DNA of 64,000 nucleotides, from assembly GCA_964016885.1 (NCBI GenBank), contig OZ024747.1:70370001-70434000 (forward strand), given 5' to 3'. This document shows, in pieces, positions 26,887-40,545 of this stretch. The position numbers were made by a program, and so were the translations under genes. This stretch comes from Eledone cirrhosa (Eukaryota). Positions within the stretch are counted from its first letter, which is position 1. Each line of letters opens with the position of its first letter. The notes beneath the pieces are model-generated. The model did no database searches, was not told the origin of the DNA, and worked only from the letters and a program-made list of their open reading frames with translations.

Positions 26887-27081
26887 ATTATATATATATA
26901 TATGTATGTATATATTATATATATATAATATGTATATATATATATATTATATATATATAATAAATATATATATATATATATATATATTATAAATATATAT
27001 ATATATTATAAATATATATATATATTATATTATAAATAAATATATATATTATAAATATATATATATATTATATATATATAT

Positions 27082-27115
<34 letters not shown>

Positions 27116-27156
27116 ATTATTTATATATTATATATATTATTTATATATTATATATA

Positions 27157-27200
<44 letters not shown>

Positions 27201-27241
27201 TATATATATATAATATATATATATATATTATATATATTATA

Positions 27242-27296
<55 letters not shown>

Positions 27297-28858
27297 ATAT
27301 TATATATATATATATTATATATATATATATATATTATATATATATATATTATATATATATATATATTATATATATATATATATTATATATATATATTATT
27401 TATATATATATATATATTATATATATATATAATATATATATTATATATATATATAATATATATATTATATATATATATAATATATATATTATATATATAT
27501 ATATTATATATATATATATATATTATATATATATATTATTTATAAATATATATATATATATATATTTATTATATATATATAATATATATATATATGTATA
27601 TATTTATTATATATATATAATATATTATATATATATTTATTATATATATATAATATATATATATATTTATTATATATAATATATATATATATATTTATTG
27701 TATATATATAATATATATATATATATATATTTATTACATATATATAATATATATATATATATTTATTATATATATATAATATATATATATATTTATTATA
27801 TATATATATAATATATATATATATATATTTATTATATATATATAATATATATATATATATGTATTATATATATATAATATATATATATATATATTTATTA
27901 CATATATATAATATATATATATACACATATTAAATATATATATATTACATATATATATATATATTATATATATATATTATATATATATTATATATATATA
28001 ATATATTATATATATATATATTATATATATATTTATATATTATATATACATATATTATATATATATTTATATACATACATATATATACATATATTATATA
28101 TACATATATTATATATATATATTATATATATTTATATACATATATATATATATACACATATATCATATATACATATATATTTTATATATATATATTATAT
28201 ATATATATTTATATACATACATATATATACATATACAGAGAGAGTGAGTGACAGGGGGAGATGTAGGTTTGGTGAGAATTCAAGCCTTAACCTCACGCCG
28301 CCGTCCGTACACTCGCCTCATCATAGACGGCTCGTTGACTAGTTTGGTCAGTAGCACTGCTTCCCTGTACTTCCTGTGGCTCAGATGATTAGCCACTCAA
28401 AACGGAACAAATTTAAACCTAGATGTCTCCTGTCTGGGGAGGATAGGGTGTGGTTGGGTTTATTTCCAATATAATTTTTTTAATGTTTTGATACTATTGT
28501 GGGTATATGTAATCCCGTGTTACCTATTATGATGGGTGATCAGCTATATTTACTGTAAAACTAAAAGTTGAAAATGAGACGTGGTCATCACTACAGTGAA
28601 AACATCATTAATAATGGTAGTGGTTGTTGTAGTAGTAGTAGTAGTAGTAGTTGTAGTAGTAGTAGTAGTAGTAGTAGTAGCAGCAGCAGCAGTAGTAATA
28701 ATAGTAGAATCGTAGCAGCTGCAGTTACAATCCCATCAGCATTAAATATAATCAAAGCTATGACACCAATAACAACATTCTCATTATATATTACATATGT
28801 ATATATATGTGTGTGTAAATACATATGTATGTATATATATATGTAAATACATATGTAA

Positions 28859-28906
<48 letters not shown>

Positions 28907-30235
28907 TACTACTACTAAGAACAAGTTGCAAATATATGAAATCTTCCAGGTGTATTCTAAATTCGTTTTGAATTTTAAGAATATATTTAAAAACCGTCAA
29001 CAATATAGCTATTTGGATATATTGAATTATATTAAAAGATTCCTATTTGTTGCGAAAATATTGGAACATTGCTCTCCACAATTTTACTCATGTATTTATT
29101 TACTCCAGTTTTCTTTCTTCTTCCTACATATAGTTTTCACCAAGAATAATCAGGAAATATTCCTCTTTCTCTTGTTTACACAACTGCAATATTTAGGATG
29201 CTGCTCTTTATCATCAACTTCCTTCCGCTGGACCGACACGAGGACTTGACCAGTCTTAAATTATGTCAACAACTCACTTTGTTTTGCCACAAGTAACCCT
29301 ATGCAAGGAAGAAAGCATTCTCTCGTTCGCTCTCAGTTCTTCACTGAAATCATTTCAAATCTGATACAATTGCATGGGCCAATATTTCACCGAGGACTTA
29401 TTTCCGGGACATTACTTTCGCATTGTTTGATTTTATTGTTCCATTTCGTCAGTTTGGTTTTGTTTTGTTATATTCAAAATGAGCAATCTCACTGACAAAG
29501 AATGTTGATGGCTGTAAACCTCACTTAGTAGATATGAGCATTAACATCATAGAATCTAAGTTATTCATTAAAAATGTATACTATTTAACATGACAGCTTA
29601 CATACAAAGCTTTAAAGATTGTTGAAGTGAAATATATACATTTGAAGTATATTTTCGTTTCAATCACATCACTTAAATATAATCACAGTCATTTCAGTAT
29701 CCAGATTTGAAGTCTAATTAAATAGAAGATCAAAAATCCATTAGCAGTTTTAATAATCCAAGATATATGCAAATATTTTAATGGGGCTCACACGAAGGCA
29801 GAATGAAGGAAACACAAAACACGATGCAACATCTGCGTAGTTGATTGATCTGCTAAATATAATTCGAAGCATATGCTACCGTCATCTAAAAGAAGAATAT
29901 ACTGAATAATGTACTTCTGAATCTATTGTTAGAATAAAATACGGGATGGCCATGACTGGAATGCTTTTTTTCGTATGCTTACTCAAACAAATCTTATATA
30001 GAAATACGCAACATCTAAATGAGTGAAATAAAACAAAATTATTCTTGGATATTGAGTTACCTTAATGTATCTTATAGGAATAATTATATGTTCTGCCCTC
30101 ACGATCCTCTCAGTAATAAGTGGGCGAAGAAGAAGAAGAAAAAAATAACAACAGCAACAACAACACTAGGTCTACAATTTGGTTTTGATTGCCGATGAGA
30201 AGGAAGGTACTTCACACATACGTGTTACTAATAAC

Positions 30236-30545
30236 CGTGGACGCAATATGTTTGAATGAATAAAAAGTATGTTTCGCAATCATTATGTTCCATGTTCGAT
30301 ATCAATGCACGGAATCTTATATAAATTTTATTTACTTTGGCTCAGATCAACGCATATGTTATGATGGGAATTGGGTAGACGTAAACGGTTTGAGAGCTCT
30401 TCGGGTGGACTGTTCTTGTAATTATGTTAATAGTATATGTGTCTGTGCAGCTACGTAATTATATGTTAATTTCATGAGCAGGCTGTTTCATTGATCGAAG
30501 AACTGGAACACTCATCATCGAAACCGACGAAGGTCCGTTGCTATT
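30236..30545 (+). mobile_element. Old tRNA-derived SINE (second type)
   Basis: Shares TTTCGCAATCATTA.GTTC and ATGAGCAGGCT.TT blocks with the reverse of 63600-63960 and with 43765-43920. Confidence 0.5.
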
Positions 30546-30673
30546 TTTTACTAACGATCTTTAGGAAGGAAGGAAAGTTAAATACACTCCTTGATAAAGC
30601 CGCAGTTTACTACCTGGAATTTCTATTGTGATATAATTCCTGGGCCCATCACAAGCGTCTTACCGTCATTTAA

Positions 30674-30891
30674 ATAATGGTTTCCTATTTAGGCACAAGG
30701 TCAACAATTTTGGGGGATGGGAAAATCGATTAAATCGACCGCAGTGCGTTACTGGTACTTTATTTTATCGACAACGAAAGGACGAAAGGCAAAGCAAATT
30801 TCGGCGGGATTTCAACTTAGAATGTAAAGGGCCGTAAATCTGTGCCGCAAATCATGTCTGACACGCAACCGTTATTGCCAATTCACCGCCT
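30674..30891 (-). mobile_element. tRNA-derived SINE, full length (Meta-domain-like)
   Basis: Minus strand AGGCGGTGAATTGGCA (A box), GTTGAAATCCC (B box), GCCTTTCGTCCTTTCG..GTCGATAAAATAAAGTACCAG core. Confidence 0.8.
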
Positions 30892-31617
30892 AAACATCTT
30901 CCATCCCTAAACTGAATTCGAAGAATGGAGACCTACGATTATATATTGATAAAATAAATGCTGCAAAACATAATACTCTTTGACCATTGTATGTTAATAC
31001 AGAACACAATATCTAAATGATTGCAATTAAAAGAACTAGAAAACGAATAATTAACTGTTATAATATTCCATGCGGAATGCAACTATCGACTAATATACCA
31101 GAGATATTTTCCCACTTGAGCATATATTCAATAGGGTAATTAATAAAAAATAATTAAAATTTCATATTCCACAACACATAATTTAGCCGACAATTTAGCT
31201 TTTAGTAAGCATGAGAAAATTAAACTATTTTTGAGTGATACTGTGTAATGTGATGGTGAGCTTGTATTAAAAATCCATTTGGTAAGTTAAATGTAGCAAC
31301 TAAAGTACTAAATGTGAATTCTACTAATATAGGTATTGAAACTGTAACCAGCCCTAACATTATTGCTACTTTGAATATTTACATTTCTACGGTTCGGGTA
31401 ATATATTATTTACTGTGCTGTGAATTAAAAACTAATTACCGTGCTTAATGAAATCAAATATTTGTCGTTTATCAATAATAGATTTTAATTGTTGATAAAA
31501 GGAGAACAAATTTATACTTTTAGATTTATTGATCAAAGTTAGAATTTGTATTTAAGGGATCACTGGAAGTATAATATCATATCAGCTAGCATTGAGGATT
31601 TCTCATTTGAAATATTT

Positions 31618-31822
31618 GATTCTGATTTAGGCACAAGGCCAAACAAATTTTGGAGAGGGGAAAGTCGATTGAATCGAGCCCAATACATCACTGGTACTTT
31701 ATTTTATCAACCCCATAAGGATGAGAAACAGACATAACTTCGGCGGGATTTGAACTGGGGCGTAATTCTATGCCATAAAGCATGTTGTCCGGCACTCTAC
31801 CGATACTGTCAATCCACCGCCT
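31618..31822 (-). mobile_element. tRNA-derived SINE, full length
   Basis: Same architecture as 30674-30891; GTTCAAATCCC B box. Confidence 0.8.
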
Positions 31823-31906
31823 TTTTCTGATTTGAACAGAAAAGAAAACATATGTTGCACATATATTAAGTTAGGTTGTGTTAATTAGAAGTACGTTTAT
31901 ATTAAA

Positions 31907-33031
31907 CTAGCAGTAAAGCCCGGCGTTGCTCGGGGTCGCTCAGTAGCTGTGTTAAAGTTACGATGTTAAGTTTCTTTTTTGGCTTAAAAACTGTAGTGTC
32001 TACTGTGCAGACTTGCATGTGGTGTTTTTGATTAATATTCCCTCAACCAACAATATGCCTTATGAAGTTAAGAAAACATAACGATAACCCGAATGTTATA
32101 ACAAAAGAGGATGCTGGGGATAAAAACTGCACTGGTTATTTATTAACAAAGATCGAAAATGTAAACACTGCAACGCAGAGAAAAACATTAGCGTAACCAA
32201 ATTATCAGTTATGTCTGTCTGCACGCCTATATCACCTCTCTGCACGACTGTCTGTCTGCACGCCTATATCACCTCTCTGCACGACTGTCTGTCTGCACGC
32301 CTATATCACCTCTCTGCACGACTGTCTGTCTGCACGCGTATATCACCTCTCTGCACGACTATCTGTCTGCACGCCTAACGAAATTTACAGATACATATAT
32401 TTTAAATAAACTTATATAATTTTTGCTTTTTTTTACGAAATATTTGCTTGTTTTACGTAGTCTTTAAATAGACTTGTTTTCAAGTAAAAATATTGTTTTA
32501 AAAGGCTTTTAAATGGAAATGAAGCAAAACGGAAGCTTAGTGTTCGAACTGATGAATTTTGCAGGTCAAAATTTTGTTGGCTCGACAACTGTTCGTGTAT
32601 TGTGTTAATGTCATTTTAAACGCTGAGAAAGCCAGCGTAATTTTTTTAATTTTTGCCAGCGTAATTTTTTTAATTTTTGCACGCAGAAAATGTAAACAGA
32701 ACGTAAGACGCTACGCTGAATGTAAACAGAACAAAGGGAAATCATTTTTTTAATTTTTGTACGCAGAAAATGTAAAGAGAACGTAAGACGCTACGCTGAA
32801 TGTAAACAGAACAAAGGGAAATAACTGATCACTTACGCTAAAAAATCGATACATTATATTCGATTTCGTCAGATAGGGCGGGTCAATTTGAAATATTTTT
32901 TTTCCGATGTCTTCGCTAGGGCTCAATGTACAAGTATAGCAATTTAGGTGCAATTCTGTGAGAGATTCTAAGAGGAGATGTGTGCCAAAAATCGATAGAC
33001 AGACAGACAACCTCAGTTTTATATATATAGA
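31907..33031 (-). mobile_element. Non-autonomous Helitron
   Basis: Minus strand A|TCTATATATATAAAAC..(CTGT)n ... CCCGAGCAACGCCGGG hairpin, 8 nt, CTAG|T. No TSD. Confidence 0.8.
32212..32376. repeat. 37-bp minisatellite, about 4.5 copies, inside the Helitron
   Basis: Unit TGTCTGTCTGCACGCCTATATCACCTCTCTGCACGAC with no spacers. Confidence 0.9.
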
Positions 33032-33600
33032 TTACAATCTTTGCGATGCTTAAAACGTAGAAAAGTACCGAATAATGTAAAGGAAAACAGTCATGTTAAA
33101 TGTCATGTGTACAAATTGAATCATAAATAAAAAATAAAATGTATTTACTTACAGGAGTAAAATCTAATTAAGCGATTAAATTCTGACCTAATTGGACATT
33201 GTTAGCGATATCACATTTTAAAAATTAACACATAATTAAAGAAGCCCAATTAGTTGTGCCCCTGAGTTAGGTAAAATATTATTTCTTTAGCACACACACA
33301 CACACACACAAACACACTTGTGCGTGTGTGTTGATAATTACTGAGTTGCTTATCCGCGAGAGTTGCGTTGCGGCTTCTCGCTGGAAGCAGGTAAATGCAC
33401 CCCACTACAGATCTTCGAAGTTACTTTGTATAAATTAACGTTAAGACAGATACCCTGGTTACAAAATAGGAAGATGAATATAAAAACAGAAAGAAAACGG
33501 GAAGAAATTAGACAGGAAGAACGTACCTTTGTAGTTATTTAGCCTATGTATATATTAACCATCCTGTTGACATTAGAAGCATTTGGAAATTTGAAATTGA

Positions 33601-33653
<53 letters not shown>

Positions 33654-33700
33654 CAATTCCAACCCGCCCGTCCCCTCAATCTATCTTATTTCTCATTCTT

Positions 33701-33736
33701 TCTTCTGATGAAGGACTAGCGTCGGAAACGTTAGGA
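33701..33736 (+). ncRNA. Minimal hammerhead ribozyme (family D) in TA-flanked pLTR piece 33651-33790
   Basis: UCUU-CUGAUGA-A-GGAC(UAGC)GUCG-GAAA-CG-UU-AGGA. Confidence 0.7.
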
Positions 33737-33883
33737 CCCTCTTCCTGCTATATCAAGCGTTAATCTAATATATACCTTCCATATACTGTATATATACACA
33801 CATATATACATAATATATATATCTATATTAATATACATTTAAATATATATATACATATATTAATTCATATAGATATATACATG

Positions 33884-33921
<38 letters not shown>

Positions 33922-34697
33922 AGTATACGTACATTTTTGTGTACATGTGATTCACGTATTATTGCATATATATATATATATATTTAGATATGTATATATA
34001 TATATAATATTATATCAAGAGCTAAAGGGAGGCGAGAGAAAGAGAAATAGAAAAATATATCATACATTATACGTATTAAATGATATATGTATATGATCTT
34101 GTGTTTGACTATAATTCTAATGTTTCCAACTATTTTTATCTATTGAGTAATTTTAATCAGCAATTATTTATTTTCCAGATCATTGTTGGCATGAAATGTA
34201 ATATCTATGATTTGCTAACATTTTCAAATATTTCTTGGCGATCCTGGCAATTTTCGGTACAATATTTGGTATTTCTTCGTTTGAACATACTGAAAATCAT
34301 TGCTATCCTTTGGTGTGCTACAACAGTGATAAGAATTCGTTTTATGCATGGTCAAATCTTTATGTTCATCTACTGTAAATATATGAAGATTTGGCTAATA
34401 TTGGTCAAGTTAATTTTCAGCTAGAATAGGTATATTTTCCATACACCGAATATTGCCCACACTATATTGGATGACGTTTGTAAACTCGGGTCAGAAGTTC
34501 ATTATAAACCCAGTTAAGTTAAATTACGACAAATAAAACAACGTGGGTTCAAAATAAAAGTACGCCGAATGATTTATTTTCATACACACACACACACACA
34601 CACACACACGGATAATTACATATATATACATACACACACACATACACGCACACATATTTATATATATGGATCTCGGGAATTTTACCCGCCCTAGAAA

Positions 34698-34729
<32 letters not shown>

Positions 34730-34863
34730 CGCACACACACACACACATACATATATATATGTATATATATATATACAAAAGAGTGAAGAATAACATGGAT
34801 CGGCTATGGAGAAGCATTTATTCCTACTTGGATTGGATTACCCTAAAGGATCCCTCGTTAACT

Positions 34864-34899
<36 letters not shown>

Positions 34900-34904
34900 C
34901 ATAC

Positions 34905-35005
<101 letters not shown>

Positions 35006-35010
35006 CATAC

Positions 35011-35067
<57 letters not shown>

Positions 35068-35108
35068 TATATATATATATATATGCATATATATGCACTC
35101 ACACAGAA

Positions 35109-35139
<31 letters not shown>

Positions 35140-35380
35140 CATACGATTATTGCTTTACCGACTTGATTTAATCGAACATAAGAACCTCAGTACGTATGTT
35201 TTCAAGTCTTGTGCTTATTTTACCGTTCTCGTGTTTGTTGAACCATTAAGTTACAGAATATATGCACTGACACAAGCAGTCACGGGTACCTAGGCACGAG
35301 CTTATATATAAATATACAAACACGCATAAGCACTTACAAACACACATGCACACGCATACACATATATATGTATATATATA

Positions 35381-36010
35381 GGAACCAGTAAGACCCCGAC
35401 GGCTGAGCTCAAGCCGTTTCGACGGCTAATTCTGGACTAAATGAAAATTTATCCTGGTATTTAAATAGCCGATCTTCTCAAGGGGTAATTCCATATATGG
35501 TCAAAGTGATTGTCAAAAATCAGTAGTAATTCTGTGATTGCAAATTAGTAGGGGAGATGGTGGCTAAACCTGGCAGTAGGAGAAAGAGGGGAGGGGGTGG
35601 AGTAGACCCAATCAAGCGTTGGTAGTGCCAGCTACAGCTGGGCATGAGGTCAAAGAAGATACTGGGGAGGGGGAGGGGGAGGAAGTCGGAACGGTAGGTA
35701 GAACAATGGGGGGTAAAAATATATATGAAAGAAAAAATACTGAGAGTGAAGAAAAGCGGATAAGTGTAAAGAAAAAAGTAAAGCAAGTTCTACGACCTAG
35801 GTCTCTAGCTATTGTTAGGCTAGAATAAATAAATAAATAAAGAAAGAAAGAAGTAAAGAAAGAAATAAAGAAATAACGAAATAAGTAAAAGAACTAGGTG
35901 GGACGGATTAGGCAAGGACCCTTTTAAGAGGTATAAGTACGTAAATGATACGGTGACGGGTCAACAAATGGGGCCAAAATACTAAAGAGACTACCACATT
36001 TCCTTCGTTA
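35381..36010 (-). mobile_element. Longest family B copy with complete HHR and short inverted tail
   Basis: 35381-35438 matches the other B copies. 35992-36010 (TACCACATTTCCTTCGTTA) is the inverted tail. TA flanks. Confidence 0.75.
35393..35486 (-). ncRNA. Type I hammerhead ribozyme with U3-A8 core variant (family B)
   Basis: ACCCC-UUGAGAA-GAUCGGCUA...UAGCCGUC-GAAA-CGGCU(UGAGCUC)AGCCG-UC-GGGGU, GUC triad. Confidence 0.8.
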
Positions 36011-37049
36011 TGTATATATATATGTATATATATGTGTGTGTGTATAAATGGAAAAAAAGTGTTTTCTCTGATCGAGACGAAGTGAGAGTGTATTTAAATG
36101 CATATAAAAATGAGAAATCTCATCGCTAGAATAGCCGTTACAACAGCTAAATGCTGTCATAGAAAGCGATGGGCAAAAATGCCTCAGGGGACAGCGACCA
36201 GCGGCCAGTGGTCACTAAAGAGACAATTCACAATGTGAGTGACAAACAGATGAAATATAGAAAATATTGAAAGAGGATGAGGACAAGGAGATATGTGTTG
36301 GAGCATAGAAGTGACTGGAAGAATGAAATAAAGAAAGGTGATGTATAAGACAAGTTTACATATACACATCTTCACCCTCATCAGCTCTCAAACTAGGAAA
36401 GTGGTTTCGCACGATTTAACAAGTATATTGATATATGATGTATTAGAAACTCCTAAAAAAATGGGGGGGGGTCTGAAAAAGTAGGAGAAAGAATAACAGT
36501 GGTGAGTGTAAGGGGTTATGGAGTAATATATAAAATATATTAGCAAAAGCGTGTCCTTCGGTCAACTAATATCTACTTGAATGTTTTCTATGTTACACTT
36601 GTATGTTTCTTATGTTACACTTTTCATTACAATTGTGCAGGTGTTATCAATAAGTGTCACCCACTTTGCCAGGTTCTATCTATTACTGTATTTCTTTCTC
36701 GTCCAGACTTGAGCAAGGTATCATCTGTTTTTAAAATCATATCAATATAACGAAATATATCGGTTTCGAATTTACAAGGCTTGAGGGGCGAACGATAATG
36801 AGTAGTTCACATTTTGTAGTGGGCCAATTTTACTGTAAAAGAATTAGACACAATCCGTCCAGGATGTGTTATCCCACTGTTAGTACTGTATATATAAAGA
36901 TTGGTTCTTTTTGAACAGACACAAAGTCAATTTTGCATTATACTACCATACAGTCGAATTATTGAGACGCAAATTTAATGCCGATATATAATCTCGCAAT
37001 AATGGAAGCATAAAATTGATACGAAAATATGAAAGCACCAATCTCACTA

Positions 37050-38310
37050 CATTCTCGATTACTTTAATATCATTAAATCAAATTAATTTGAATGATTAAG
37101 AGTCAAGTCGGGATCCGTAGTTGTAACTTTTTAACTTCATTATCACAGGCAATGTTTTTGCGGAAGTTTCCTACATTCCAATATTCCGCATCAATTTGAG
37201 AATAATCGAAAGAAACATAGAATACAGGCTTTCAGATATATCGTTGTCTCAAGGTTACCTATGTATATTTCGTCATCTTTCCTCTAACTGCATTTTACAA
37301 ATTATATAATTTTAATACACCTGTTCGTTTATGAATCCTACTCATCTATAGATTCCAGTAAAATTTCAGTTACAATACTTTAAATAGGGAATTATTTGGC
37401 TACGGTTTAGTCTGCAGTTTCATATAACAAGGTTGGCAGCAATTAAAATTAAATGTACCATAAGATTTTCTGAAATATCTAAAGGTTAATATTGACTTGG
37501 ATTAAATTCGGACTCAAGGATGCTGTCCCTGACATATAGTTTGATTGCATTAGTGATTACGTTTAGCCATGATGTCTTTTGTTATTTGTTGAAAGCAGAG
37601 GTTGAGGTTGGGATTTAATCTCTATACTGAGGGATTGTCTTTGGAGTTGGATATTTTGAGGATTCTCTGTAGCTGGACTGTATGGGCTGTGATAGTGATT
37701 AAGGTTCTCTGAAATTGAGGTTTGGGTGGGTAATTTACAGGTTTATTGAGTAATTTCTCAAGAGACTGGAGCATTTGTTTGCCGGTCAAAGACAGTGTCA
37801 ATATTGAGATTTGTCAAATGATGTGAAGGTAAAGTAGTCTTGGTGACAATGAAGCATTCGGTATTACTGCGAATGTTATGACCTGTATACTGAATTTATG
37901 TTTGTAATAATGTATGTGTGTATCACAGATTGAGATTGAGATAATCATAGAGACACAGTAGCAGAAAGCAGAGACATACAAACAGAAAAAGGGGTGAACA
38001 AGCGTGTCGGTGTGTGTCAATTTCCTGTTATAGGTAGATGACATCAATATATGTTGGAGAAGTCTATTGACATGGCAGTTTGTCAGTTTACTTCTGTACA
38101 TAGTGGGCTCAGTTTAGGTAGTATAAAACAACAATCAATGCACCAGTATATGGAGTAAAGTGTAATGACAAGACACAATGAGTATCTTCCAATACCTAAT
38201 TCATTTAATAAAGCTTGAAAACTGCCAGTTCAGTTGACAAGATAATTTAAATACGGGCAACAAAGATGGCTATTTGAAATACTAAAAATAACGTTGAACA
38301 AAAAAATAAC
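37050..38310 (-). pseudogene. Possible highly decayed PLE RT/GIY-YIG relic
   Basis: II*FVKC...EIYIG near 37255-37310 plus weak upstream resemblance; many stops. Confidence 0.3.
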
Positions 38311-38337
38311 ACGTGTGTGTGTGTATGTGTGCTTATG

Positions 38338-38403
<66 letters not shown>

Positions 38404-38504
38404 TTTAAATTTGTTGGTTCAATACTGGATAGAACTGGTCATTCCGTATAGTCAACCTTGATGTAATATTAGGGAGAGCACTCGACGTAATGCAACCCAC
38501 CCGT

Positions 38505-39134
<630 letters not shown>

Positions 39135-39150
39135 TGTATATATGTATGTA

Positions 39151-39186
<36 letters not shown>

Positions 39187-39292
39187 TATATATATATGTA
39201 TGTATATATATATGTATATATATATATGTATGTATATATATATGTATATATATATATGTATGTATATATATATGTATATATATATATGTATG

Positions 39293-39338
<46 letters not shown>

Positions 39339-39850
39339 CATACATACATACATATATACACACTCTCTCTCTCTCACACACACACATATATATATGTGTG
39401 TGTATGTATTCACACAACATTTTATTTTAAAAAATTAAAAATTCTTTCTACGTAAGATAATTTTATAATTTAAAAATGTTCTGGATATAAGACCAATATT
39501 AAAACAGAAATACCTAAGTTGAGAGAATATAAAAATATCCAAGCCACTTTTGAAAAATACATTGATATCTTAAGTTGTTAGCTTGTGAATAAAATATGTT
39601 GTCGAATATAGCAGTTATAATTTGCAGAAAATTAGTTTCTTCCTTTCATAGGAAAATAGAAGAAAAAATAATAATTGCTCGAGGAACCGCTTGTAGAAGA
39701 TAAACGTGGAATATTATACAAGTATGCATATGGTAAGGCGGATACTATTCCTAAATCCAATATGTTTCCATATCTTGATACGTTCTTAAGTAAACATATA
39801 TCAGCCTTCCTGCCCTATCCTACATTGCTTTGCCTTCGTTATTTGCCAAC

Positions 39851-40024
<174 letters not shown>

Positions 40025-40029
40025 GCTAG

Positions 40030-40111
40030 TAGCTACTTCAGCCAGAATCAATTGCTTACTATCTACAAAACTGAAGTGCGCTCCTCATTAGAGCACTGCT
40101 CGCATATCTAA
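40030..40111 (+). mobile_element. CR1-group LINE fragment
   Basis: YFSQNQLLTIYKTEVRSSLEHCSHI, matching the LY...VR..LEYC..VW motif. Confidence 0.6.
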
Positions 40112-40410
40112 AGAATTGCAGCTGCAAGGCACACACATATTCAAGATGACATCTCCACAACTAAAGGAGAAAGGGTGATGGTAATGTTTCTTAAATAAAT
40201 TAATATATTTTTTGCTTCTTGAATCGTTTATACAACGGTTGCTACTTCTATACACGAACCAACTGTAGACAAGGTCAGTCAAACACATACTTCATATTTT
40301 TCTCTTTATACTGAACTCTAATTTGTGCTTTACGTTTCCCGATCAGGGAGCGCCAGCAGAGGTCGTGAATTAAATTAATTTCTAATATATATATGTCTGC
40401 ATGCACGTGC

Positions 40411-40545
<135 letters not shown>

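Larger units (their letters stand above)
25090..28235. repeat. Large degenerate (TA)n/(TTATA) array hosting a PLE
   Basis: Direct reading; split by the insert at 25826-26830. Confidence 0.9.

Noticed and set aside
28568-28846. Poly-Ser/poly-Leu ORFs
   Set aside because: (AGT)n/(AGC)n microsatellite.
32212-32376. 37-bp repeat array of CRISPR-like length
   Set aside because: Contiguous units with no unique spacers, eukaryotic context, no cas genes.
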